DNA from: Moniliella sp. 'wahieum' | Lineage: Eukaryota | Assembly: GCA_003971905.1 (NCBI GenBank) | Contig: RSEE01000152.1 | Location: 1-64,000 of the forward strand | DNA: 64,000 nucleotides | Direction of reading: 5' to 3' | Shown here: one piece after another, positions 1-11,053 of the stretch | Layout: each line of letters starts with the position of its first letter | Position numbering within the stretch: position 1 is the stretch's first letter | Made by a program: the position numbers and the translations under genes | The notes under the pieces: generated by a model | Databases searched by the model: none | What the model was told of the DNA's origin: nothing | Seen by the model: the letters and a program-made list of their open reading frames with translations, nothing else

Positions 1-713
1 CGGCACGGCGCGGAGAAGCAGGAGGTCAGCGAGCGAATGGGATGGAGGAGACACGCGACACGCACTGTCCAGGTCAAGGGGTAGCGTTGGGCACGAGCTT
101 GGGGTCATCTGCAGCAGGGTGTCGTCATCGAGTCGTGCGAGAGCGCAGCTAACACCTGCTCGCGCCACCCCCGCGGCGTGCTCTGGTCAGGCCGGGTAGG
201 CAGGGACAGGCGTCGGCGTGGCGGGCGGTGTAGGTGCGGATGGTCCACCCTGCGGGCTGGGGGTCGTCGGTGGCGGAAGGGAAGGCGGGATGGGCGGCGG
301 CGCGAGGTGCGGGAGGACGAGGAGGAGGAAAGGGCAGTCGTGGATGCAGCAGGTAAAGGCGGTCTGGATGGGACCGACGTGGGCGGAAGGCTGGATGGGA
401 GGGCCCAGGTGGGGCGGGGATGCGTCGCGTGGCGCTTAGGCGGTGGCGTGGGTGCAGAGTTGCTCGTGGGGCGCGCTGCGGGGAGCTCCACCGCGTCCTC
501 CGACATGTCCTCCGGCGCATCCGCCCACGCGCCCGTCTCCCACGACGCGGCCCACTCGAGGTTCAACTCGGCAAAGCCGGCCAGATACGGGGGCGAAGAG
601 CGGAGAAAGGCAATCTTGTTAGCGGCAAACTGCTGCTGCACCACCCTTCCCACCGCCATCTCCCGCGTCGGGTACACCGTCCCATCCGAAGTCCACGTCC
701 ACGCCACCTCCAT
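1..713 (-). CDS. Hypothetical protein, 5' part (runs off the left edge of the window)
   Basis: ATG at 713-711 opens MEVAWTWTSDGTVYPTREMAVGRVVQQQFAANKIAFLRSSPPYLAGFAELNLEW...; coding-like composition; TCACGTGA element about 90 bp upstream. No family recognised. Confidence 0.45.
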
Positions 714-1661
714 CCATCGCCGTCGCCGCCATCGCCATCGCCATCGCCAGGAACAACCGACGGCAGCGCACACGAGACCGCAACGAACGTCTTGCACGCA
801 CGCATCACGTGACGTGTGATCCGGCGGTCGCGTGTCACATGTCATATGTCAGAGACTGGGGTCCGTGCGCCATGGCCAAAATACTGGCAGTAAGCGCTAA
901 GCAGCAACAGAGCAAGCCCCAACTGACTCTCCTGACCTACCGCTGTCTGCACCCACACCGGTCCCACCACCTCGTACGCTTCCTGGGTTTCCCCGTCGCA
1001 GGGAGGGTCGAATAGCGTGGCATATCCGACCTGGTTTCCATCGCTGATGAAGGAGAGATTTTGCTTTCATTAATTAATCCAAGGGTTGATTAATGGGGTG
1101 AGTCTTCCCTCGTCCCTAGACGAGTATAACTGTAACCTCATTGACAGGGCTCAAGCGCTCAAGCGCTCAAGGCTAGGGCAAAGAAACGCTGCGCCTAAAC
1201 CGACCGGTTCATCTGGCGTCATAGTAGACTATACTCGCGTCGTGGTGCAATGGCGGTGGTTGTACGACGTGAGACTTAGTGTGGGGTGTCAAGAACCTCT
1301 GAGCGGCGGTGCTCCAGTCTCAGTGGAGCGCATACGTGGAGCGCAGAGACGCGGCAAAGGGAGCGAACGTCGGACCTGGGATGCTTGATCCAGGGCAACA
1401 GCAGCCGGCTGTTGCGGAGCGCATGCGCAGCGTGCGACACTGGTCACGCGCGCACTACCGCAGGGGGGGCAGTGTTACCTTCGGGACGTGGTTTTGGCTG
1501 TCGACCACGAAGAGCTAATTACTAGGTGGCACATACAAGTCAGCTAGTAACATACACCCAGTAATGCATCCGCTGTGCACCCTCATCACCAGTCACTAGT
1601 CACTCTCGCCTTTCTTCGTTCGGTCTCCCCACCACCACCTGTTTCCTCCCTGGACCGCAGC

Positions 1662-2937
1662 ATGTATCTCCAACTCGGCACGGGATCCGTTCGGGCTACG
1701 TCGGCGTGCACGTCGATCCGCGCACCGATACCACTGCCGACCTCAAGGCCAAGATCCGCGCAACGACCGCATTGCCGCTGGACCAGCAGCACTTGATTCT
1801 CACTGGCCACGCGTACCTGGACGACGCGCGGAGGCTTGCCGAGTACGGCATTGACGAGCCGGTGTACCACGGAGCCAAGTTCCGTCTGGGGGCGGGTGGA
1901 ACTGGTGGTTCGCACGGTGGACCGAACGACGGTCCATGTGCAGCTCGATTCGGAAGATTCTGTGGCTCGGTTCAAGGCTGCGATCGAGAAAGAGGTGGGG
2001 ACGCCCGTTGGGCAGCAGCGGCTTTGGTGCGATCTCACTGACGAAATGCTCGAGGACGATACAGGGTTCTGTCGCAGTACAAAGTATCTGAATGGCTGGG
2101 GAAGAACACGTTTTCCCTGCTGGACAAGATGACCATTTTGGTCAGGACGCCATATCGGGTCCAACCTTGCGGATCGAGACGGACTCGGAAGATAGATACG
2201 AGCACGTTGATGGCCAAAAGCCACGCGCTGCATGGCACGCCTCCCCCAGAACAGATTCTGATTTTGGATCGGATCCGTGGGCCCGTTTTCGATTCGCGAC
2301 GGATCCGACCGGACCACCGGCCGCTGCGCAGGCACGGCTTCGCCGACTCCATTTTGCACTTGATGTCGCGGCGACAGGATAGGATGCGCCTGTGCCTCTG
2401 TGGTCTCCCGTTGTGGAGGCCTGGTCGACGGAACAAAGCGGTCATGCGCTTGTTTGTCCTTACGTTCACCCACAAACTTCTCATGCTCGACGTCTGTCCC
2501 GCCGATACTGTCCTCAGCCTCAAAGCGCGCATCCAGGAGGAAGAGGGTACGCTGATCCAGCAGCAGCTCCTGTGGTTCCCCTGGGCACCCATGGCCCACT
2601 TATCAATGAGCGGCGCTTGACAGAGTATGAGGACATGGAGAACGAGTCGATTTGCACTTGGTGCCACTTGCACCTGCGCAGGAAAAAAGCATGCGCGTCC
2701 TAGTGCATCATGTGGTTGGTTTGACGTAAGTGTTTGACGTGCAGTCCGACGACACGGAGCTTGAGGTTCAGCTCCTCGTGGAAGCCAAGTGTGGCGTCCC
2801 CCGGTACCAGCAGGGTAGCCACTTGATTTTTCGTGGTAAGCGGCTGGAAGAGGGCAAGAGCCTATGGGACCAGCACGTTCGCAACGGATCCAGGCTGTAC
2901 ATGCTGATTCGCATGATCGGTGCCGCAGATCCTTATT
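1662..2937 (+). CDS. Penta-ubiquitin-like domain protein, copy A (intronless; frameshifted, with in-frame TAA at 2727-2729; possibly truncated or a pseudogene)
   Basis: Stitched ORFs give five beta-grasp-like units: VDPRTDTTADLKAKI..LPLDQQHLIL..LDDARRLAEYGI; VELVVRTVDRTTVHVQLDSEDSVARFKAAIEKEVGTPVGQQRL; MTILVRT..PPPEQILI..ILHLM; MRLFVLTFTHKLLMLDVCPADTVLSLKARIQEEEG..QQQLL; VFDVQSDDTELEVQLLVEAKCGVPRYQQGSHLIFRGKRLEEGKSLWDQHVRNGSRLYMLIRMIGA. These match ubiquitin motifs (DT..VKAKI, PPDQQRLI, LEDG.TL.DY.I). Confidence 0.8.
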
Positions 2938-3571
2938 GGCCCGGGGGGTGCGTCAGTAGTAGTGCCTTGGCCTTGGTCGCCTTCTTCCCTTTTGGTTGTT
3001 TTTGTTTTTGTTTTTGTACTTGTACTTTTGTCTATCGATCCTATCATCATCCTCCCCCCCTCCCCCCGGATTGCATTGTACTCTACTTGTGCCTGCCACA
3101 ATCCCGCTCGCGCCGACCACTTCAATGCAGGCAGGCAGTCCCCGCTGGCACTTTGAGTCGCGGATTGTATCTTGATCCTACCTCGAGACTTTTATGGGCT
3201 TGGTCGTGGGCGCCCGTGAGGCATCAGGCCAGAGTTTGAGCTTGCAGATCTCGCAGCGATCATACATTTCCACCCCTCGCTCTTGGTCGTGTTCACCATG
3301 AACAGCGAGGGTGAGGGTGAGGAACAAGGAGGGCAGATGGCCCATGGGAGTCTGCAGTGGGTGTTGTGTTCTTGGTTGGAAAATTAAATCAACAATCCAC
3401 GGACTGCCTGGGACGCCCGAGCGGAATTTCAAAAAACTGTTTCCGCCGCGCCGTGCGCCCATTTCCCGTTTAACGTTCAACCTCAACCACGCACAGCAAG
3501 GCGTAGCGGATGGCAACTTTTTTTGTCGTTGCCTGCGTGGCGACTGGTGGTGGTCTCGTTTGTGCCTCCAA

Positions 3572-4574
3572 ATGGTTCGCTTCAAGGTACGTTGGCAGTC
3601 CTCAACCCAACGCGCGGTTCTGCTTACACCCTTTTCCTTGTTGTTGTTGCTGTTGCTGTGTTGTTGTGTGTTGTTGTTGTGTTGTTCTTGGTTCGTTCGT
3701 CTTCGCGTGGTCTGGGATGGTGGTGGTGAGCAGAACCGGTGGCTACTGTTATCCCTCAGTGCGTTACCGACCGGGTCGGACCCGAGCCTGGCATCGTACT
3801 TACGCGCGCGGAGCATGTACCTGCAAGTGTGACAGCGCAAACTATCCAGCAAACCATTCGCGCCGCACTGGAAACGTACTTTGGCGATGGGGGTGCCGGC
3901 TTGGCCGCGGGCAACGTCGCGATTCGCTATTACAACCCACGTACCGGTACCGTCTTGGTCCGTTGTGCAAGGGACCAGGCACGTTGCGTCTGGGCGGCTG
4001 TACGATGGTCTCCCACGTCGACCGGGTACGATGTAGGATCGTGTGCAAGCACTTGGCTGGTACGTGCTTGCTTCGTTTTGTCTCTGTCTCTGTCTTCGTT
4101 TTGTTTTGTCTTTGCTGTCTCCTTGACTGCTGGGGCCAGCTAGCATTGGCGTTGGGCAGTTGGGCAGCTGGTTGCGGTAGTATACGGCTGTGTATGTACT
4201 GACTGGATCTGGATCGTATTGTCTTTTATCTTTTGGCCTTTGTCTGTTGTTTTGGCTTATGGATTTTTGGGGCGACGTACACGACAACAGGAACGATCAA
4301 GAAGGCGCAGCTACATGCGATGGACCAGGAGCGAAGGCAAATTTACCGTCTGCGGCGTCTGGAGCGGGCGAAGGAACACGCGCACGCGCGCCGCCGTGCC
4401 CAGGCGCTCGACACGCTGTTTGCCGCAGAAGGGGCTGGGGGAAAGAAGGGTGCTGGGACCGGGGGCAGGGGCACGGGCGCCGGGGCGCTGGAGGAGGATC
4501 CAACGGTGGTGGAGCAGATTGCGCAGACTCAGCGCCACCTCCTCGCCTTGGCGCCTGAGGGGCGTGAACGTTGA
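3572..4574 (+). CDS. POP5: RNase P/MRP subunit Pop5 (Rpp14/Pop5 family), 3 exons
   Basis: MVRFK | intron 3587-3733 | NRWLL...YFGDGGAG...YYNPRTGTVLVRCARDQARCVWAA...HLAG | intron 4060-4290 | TIKKAQ; matches Pop5 MVRFKNRY...GTIKK. Confidence 0.9.
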
Positions 4575-4836
4575 ACGAACACCAATCGATATCCACTCGG
4601 GGCAGCAGCCCATCGCATCTTGTCAAGCATAAGTACGCCTTCCTGTGCAAAGGGGGGCCGGTGCAGACAAGCCAACCACACACGTGCACGTGACGGCCGT
4701 TGCACCGGCGCCTACCTCCCCAGCTTGCCCTGGCGGAATGGGGCGCCTGGGCGGAATAGCGGAATCCGGAGTGGTGCCCCGTTGTTGCACTGGCCAACCC
4801 CCGTCTGCCCCACCACCACCACCACCACCACCATTC

Positions 4837-6980
4837 ATGCCACCGCCACCGCCACCGCCACCGTCCTCGGATGGCTGGACGTGGGAGGCGCACCGATGCG
4901 CATCTACTGGTGTCGAGTACCAGCTGGGCCAAACCACCATTCTCCGGCCCAACTTTGCGCCCACCGCCACGGCCCCTGGCGCGTCCCCTGATGCGCCCTT
5001 ACCTTCTTCCCTCCCGCTCCCTCCCAGCCGCATCCACCACCGCGCCATCCGTCTAGGCGACTGGCTGGTGACCACTTCCCGCGGTCCTATTGGGAGTGCG
5101 CGTGAACTTGCGACGCTCGAGACGCGCGTTGGCATCACGTTGCCTGAAATGGTCTTCCCGCACAACCGACTTGTGCTCCTCCACCTCCCCTCCCGTCGTA
5201 CTTACACATTTGATCCTGAACATGCCTTAGCGTCTGTCCGTGGTGCCCACCGTCCACCCCCCCCCCCGCCTCGCTCAACCCCTCGGCTCCTACCGACGCA
5301 CTACTCAAGGTGTCCCATGCTTCGGCTTGGGGACAGGCTCGGTACGTCCCCCCGCTCTTGCCTCATCCCCTCGTTGGTCCTGTCTACCTGTCTGCATGCC
5401 TACCTGCCTGCGGGACCTAACGTCCTGTCTTCCTATGTGTGCCTGCTCCTGCCGTTACTACTGCTGGTGGTACTGCTACTACGCGGTGGTACTGCTACTC
5501 CCAGTGCGGCCGGGCGATGGTGAAGAAATTCGATTGGACGTATTCGACGCTGTGGCCTGGCGGGGTGGGTAGCGCATCGGCGGACTGGGACGTGAGCGAG
5601 ACGGATCCGCTTTTGCGCCTGGGGACTTGGATCCGAACTGTGGGTTTACACGTGCGACGGAGCGTACGGACCGGATCCCCGTGGAACAGTTGGGCGCAGG
5701 ATCGGAACCGATCTTATTCTTTGATCAGCTCATCTTGTTTGAAGATGAGCTGCATGATAATGGTTCTAGCGTCGTGGATGTTAAGGTGGTACGTTGCGGA
5801 TCGGTCGTGTTGGGATGGGAATGGGAATGGGGGGTGGGGTGGTGGTGTGACCCAACGAGGTGGAGCAAAATGCGGTTCGGGTTGGAGCCATGCGCAGATG
5901 GACGGAGATACTGACGACGAAGGGATACTCTGACGTGGGGGTGTTGTTTGGATTTGGTTCGGATCGGTTTGGTTCGGATCGGATTGGATCGGTTTGGTGT
6001 CCTTTCATTGACGGCGTGGCACGGGAAGCGAGTGATGCCCTCGGCCATCTTGGTGTTACAACGATTCTTTCTGCGCGTGGACCAAGTCACGTTCCGCGTC
6101 CTGGACACACGCTTGTTTGTCCCTTTTGTCCAGGGCGCCTTGCGCGTCTTGCGCTCCCACCCGCCTCCCCATCCTGACTCGTCGCAGCACGACGGCCAGC
6201 AAGCCCCGCGCCGCGCCAAGGTGATTCGGGACGTGCAGGGGTCCCAGTGGTCTTATGACGGCGTGAAACGTGTACGTACCCCACCTCTTCCCTCTTCCCT
6301 CTTGCCTGTGACGACACAGAGCCCCGAGGGGTAGAACAGTACCTGACCCTACCTTTCGAATTGGAATGATGGGATGGATGCGGATGTACTTCGTACCTCC
6401 CTACTCTACGCTACTCTACTCCCTCCCTTTCCCTTCCCCTTTGCGTTTGATTTTGTCTTTGTCTTGTGACTTGTGCCTTGTGCCTCGTAGCTCCTCCCGC
6501 CGTACAAGCCCAATGACCTCACGCTCTCGGACTCCAACTGGGTCGCCGAACGTATTCGCCATCGTACTGAACCCCCTCTCTGGCGCTGCACCTCCTTCCA
6601 TGGCGCCTTCCATGGCGCCTTCCATGGCCCCTTATATGACTGCTTCCATGGCAGGTGCACCGCTGGGTCGCACTCCGGGCCTAGGTGCCAGACCTGGATC
6701 CGGACGGGGGGTCGGCACAGGGGGAGTGGTAAGTTCAGGACCGTTAGCTGCGACCCGGACTCCCTGGGCTTCCCGACCTACCCTCTCCTCGTCCTCGTTC
6801 CCTTTGGCTATGGCTTCCCCTTCCACTCCGACTTCCACTTCCACTCTGACGTCGAGTTCGATGTCGGCTACCACGCCGGGGACGGCTATCCCCCAAAGGG
6901 AGCCGGAGCGGGAGTCGGAACGCGAGACGTTGCCGGCATGGGAGGGCCAAGGGGCTGTGACCGAGGTGGGGTGGCTGTGA
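4837..6980 (+). CDS. TIP41: TIP41/TIPRL, PP2A-family regulator in the TOR pathway
   Basis: LPEMVFPHNRL, FDWTYST, RIPVEQL...EPILFFDQLILFEDELHDNG, RVMPS..LQRFFLRVDQVTFRVLDTRLF; several introns and a low-complexity C-terminal insert. Confidence 0.92.
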
Positions 6981-7644
6981 CATGTGACTTGTCACACAAT
7001 GCCCCATGTTCCATGTCACACAAACACAATGTCACATGTCACATCCCTCACTTCGGCTCGGCTACTCCTGTTCTCCAGCCCCCCTTGCCCCTCCCCGCGG
7101 CCATCGAATCGAATCGAATGGAATGGATGCATTGGAGTGCATTCTACTCCATTCCTACCATAATGCATCCGCTCTGCTTTCTGCTCCTGCTGCGTCGCGT
7201 GCGTCCTCGGGTACCATCATGCATCGGTACATCAGTACATCAGTCCCCAGCCATGTCCTCTGCTGCGCTTCGTGCGCTCGGGCCAAGGGGGGCGGGAGGT
7301 GGCGCATGGGCCAGGCACACGCCGGTCTAGCTCTAACGTACGTCTACCACAGACGTCTGTCTGGTCTACGCTCCGTCGTAGAACGCACAAGACAGAAGAC
7401 AGAAACGCACAAGGCAGAACGTAGAACACAGACCCCATTCGTACCGCACCAAAACAAGTAAAAACACAACCAACCACCACAAACCAACTACCACAACCAC
7501 CACAACCAACCACCACAACCACCGCAACCAAACAAACAAATGTACACATCGTTGCGCATCTCTACATTGCCATCTTGCCTTTTCTTATCTTCTCACCCTC
7601 GCCCTCACCCTCACCTTCGCCCTGACCGGTACCAAGGCAAGCCT

Positions 7645-9989
7645 TCACGCGGCATCCCCACCGCGCACAACGCGCCTCGCTGGCCCGACATGCGTCGCAT
7701 TGACCTTAGCTGCGAACCGGAGAGAGCAGAGCGACTCGGCCTGGTGCGCGAGCATCGGCGACAAGGCCAACAACATCAACGTCTTGCTGTTCCCGCCCAA
7801 CGAATTTTCAGTAACCACGTCAGCGTCGAGTTGCGGTAGGGAATGTGCGGTGCGGCCGACTTGGTACTCGGGTTGGAGCTGGGGTTGGAGGAAGTGGGGT
7901 TGGAGGAGGATGGAGCGCGGTGCTGGGCGGTAGACAGGGCGGCAATCACATCAGCCAAAGCTGAGAGGGACTTATAATGCTCTGAGCTTCGCGGAGGCGT
8001 TGAGGGTGGGCAGCGGAGCCTGAGTTGCTGAGCCGTTCCGAGCCAGCAAGGTCGACGAGAGGTGGAGGGTAGCGTCTGTACGTTCGCCCGTGTGCGGGTT
8101 GGAGCCCTGTACGCGCAGGGCAAAGACCGAGTGGGAGCGGGAGGAACGTTCGTTCATCAATGTGGCAGCTACTTGTCGTCGAGCCTTGGCCCGGTCCAGT
8201 AGCGCAAACACTTCCCTTGGCGAGGCGAGCGGGACAGTCACTGTGCCTGTGACGGTGGTGCGACCCGTAACTGGATCGTGTTTGATTTCGTGCTTGGTCT
8301 GGTCCAGCGCTTGCGAACCTAACAGATCATTGATCGTGTCGAGGTAAATCTCTAACATTTGCCCTTCAAACTCGTACGTCCACCCTACCGAACGTAACTG
8401 CTGCGCCAACTTCCAGAGCAAATGCAGCGCGCGGAATCATGCCTGCGTCCGGATGCGCCTCGGCTTCGGCGTCGGGTAGACATCCATCCAGCTCCCCCGC
8501 CTCCCCACTCGCACCAGAACTTGGTCCTGCGGCAGAGGCAGAGCCAGCAGCGGCACCGGTGGGGTGGTAGTACTCGGGAGGACCTTCGAGGGTATGTGTC
8601 TTTCCCGAACCCGTTTGGCCATAGGCAAAGATGGAGACATTGAATCCGTCCAAGACGCTCTGGACCAAGTTAGCAATTTCGGCAAACACTTCCGTTTGCG
8701 GCGCGGTGGGACCAAAGACGCGGTCGAGGGTAAACGTATGCCGCTGAACCGTACTGCTTCCCATGGCATTCTCACCCGCAGCAACGACTTGGAGTTGATT
8801 AGCTTCGCGTCCACCTGGGTATCGGAAATCAGCCAACGTCGCCTCCACGCCCGCATGGCCCGCTTGCACCCGATCGTTCCGTACCGCCGGCCGGACACGT
8901 GCAAACACTCGAATGTTCCCGCGCAATTCTTGGATTTGGTTGTGGAGTTTCCGACGTAACGTCTCGGCCTGTCGCAGCTCCGTGACCAGGTACGCGTTTT
9001 CCCGCTTCAACCCGTCCTCATCGGCGTTGGCCAGGCGCAACTGCACACGCATCTCTTCCACTTGCCTTGTTAGGTGCGCAAGTTGCGATTCTAACTGCGC
9101 CTGCGTCGCTGCCCACTCCGTTCGATCCCGCGTCGCTTTCCCTTGCGCCGTGCGAAGCGAACTCAGTTCCTCCTCGGCTAAGTGAAGGTTGTGCTCCAGC
9201 GTACGGATGCGCGCGTGGAGCGGTTCTTCCACCCTAGCCAGGTGCGCTTGGTGCGCTTGCTCCAGAGCAGCCGTTTCTTGTTCGTGTTGCCGTTTCAACG
9301 CTTCGAGCTGCACGCGCACACACGACCATGTCAGCTTCGTTCTCAACAACAACAAGCACCACAACAAGCACATTCACCACACCAAGACCAAACGGGGGGG
9401 AACGGTACGTACCTCAGCATCGAGCTGTTTCTGAGCGCGTTCACGCTCAGCAGCCAGAGTGACACTCGTACGGTAACTATGGAGCTCAGCTTGAAGCAAA
9501 GCCAACTGATCTTGCACTTGAGTCCTACGCGTTTGCTCCGTAGCCAAACGCGATCGCAGTTCCTGTTGGTCCGCGTCACAGCTACCATGGTGCTGTAGCA
9601 ACCAGGCTAGCTGCTCCGATGCTGGTCCTGACCCTGACCCTGAGGAAGTGCCTGACCAGAGCAGAGCCTGACCCCGAGCCGGAGCCGGAGCCAGACGCGG
9701 CGAGTGGGTCTGTGGGTGGATGTCCAGCCGAGGCGGAGCGGCGCAGACGTGCGCCAACTGCTCCGGCCGTAGCAGCAGTAGCTAGAGCAGAAGGGAGCAT
9801 GTGCGGGCGGACGACGCCGCGTAATCCCGTGCTCTTTGTGCTGGCGGCAGTGGGGAATCCAGCGGGGTGGGACGGGAGACGGTTGATGCGTTCGGGTGCG
9901 GTGGTGAGGGGAGCGCGTTTGGCGCTGCGCGCGCCGCGTGGCGCGCTGCGCGAGGTGGAGGAGCGTGTGCGCGTCGAGGCCTTGCGCAT
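7645..9989 (-). CDS. KAR3: Kinesin-14 (C-terminal motor), Kar3/Pkl1-like
   Basis: Coiled coil followed by RRKLHNQIQELRGNIRVFARVRP, P-loop FAYGQTGSGKT, NERSSRSHSVF, HIPYRNSTLTWLL, SLRFAAKVN; one intron at about 9310-9412. Confidence 0.93.
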
Positions 9990-10254
9990 GGCGTGGGTGG
10001 TGGGAAGGGGGGGGGGGGAGAGAAGTAGAGCGCAGTGGGGGGTGCAGAGGACAGTGGGAATGGAAGTGGCGATGGAGAGGATAGTGGCAGTGGAGGTGGC
10101 GGTGAAGAGGGCGAACCATAGAAATCGATTCCCCCGCAAAGGATGGGTGTTTGGTTGTGTTTGGACGCCCCGACGCGTCCGCCGCCTTGCCTTACGTCAC
10201 GTGAGCCATGGGGTCATCGGTGATGGTCACCCACTCGTCCCCACCACACTCACT

Positions 10255-10445
10255 TAACCACTAACCCTCCTCTCCACCATCCCCAATCTACTCTCCACCA
10301 TCCCCACTCCACTCCCCACCATCCCACTCCACTCCCCACCATCCCCACTCCCCTCTCCACCATCCCCAACCTACTCTCCACCATCCCCACTCCCCTCTCC
10401 ACCATCCCCAACCTACTCTCCACCATCCCCACTCCCCAATCCACA
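10255..10445. repeat. ~21-bp minisatellite (CTCCACCATCCCCACTCCC / CTCCACCATCCCCAACCTACT), about 8 copies, intergenic
   Basis: Tandem units read directly between the KAR3 5' end and the SRC1 3' end. Confidence 0.9.
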
Positions 10446-10567
10446 GTACTTGACAGCGTGCATTCCGCCGCGCCATCTCACCACAGGGCCGTCTCCACAG
10501 ATCCGCCAGCGCTGCCTCCGCGCCGCCTAATAGTACCGTCCCTGGAGGGGCAAGGTGCGCGCCTCGG

Positions 10568-11022
10568 TCATCTCGGGCCCAACGGGGGCGGCAGTGGGAG
10601 CGGCTGCAGTACCCTGCTCGCCTCTACTGCCGATACGCCCGTACGATCAGCGTCCCCCTCTGCCTCCCACTCTGCAGCCACGTCTGGGCGGAACATCTGA
10701 CTGGCCTCTGCCGACGTGCCTGTCTCCTCGGGTCCGAACGAGACACGCGAGGACGTCCCCGTGTGCGTGGGTATAGGCGTGGGTATGGGGGGACCGGTAG
10801 GGATAGAGGTCGAGGGGTTAGTGGTGAGGTTAGTGGTGCTGGGCAAAGGACCGATCCATTCCCATGCCTTGACCCAGTCGCCAGCATGCTTGACTTGCCG
10901 TGTGCGCACGTTCGTGTTGGCTTGGACGATGGAGCTGACTTGTGCCCAGAGACGGTGGCGGTGCCCCAAGCGCGGTTCGTGTGCTAACACTGCGTCGCGC
11001 AGTTGCGCACTGGCGAGCCACG

Positions 11023-11053
<31 letters not shown>

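Noticed and set aside
1662..2937. Canonical polyubiquitin (UBI4) or ubiquitin-ribosomal fusion
   Set aside because: Units are highly divergent from ubiquitin and from one another; no MQIFVKTLTGK repeats and no ribosomal tail.
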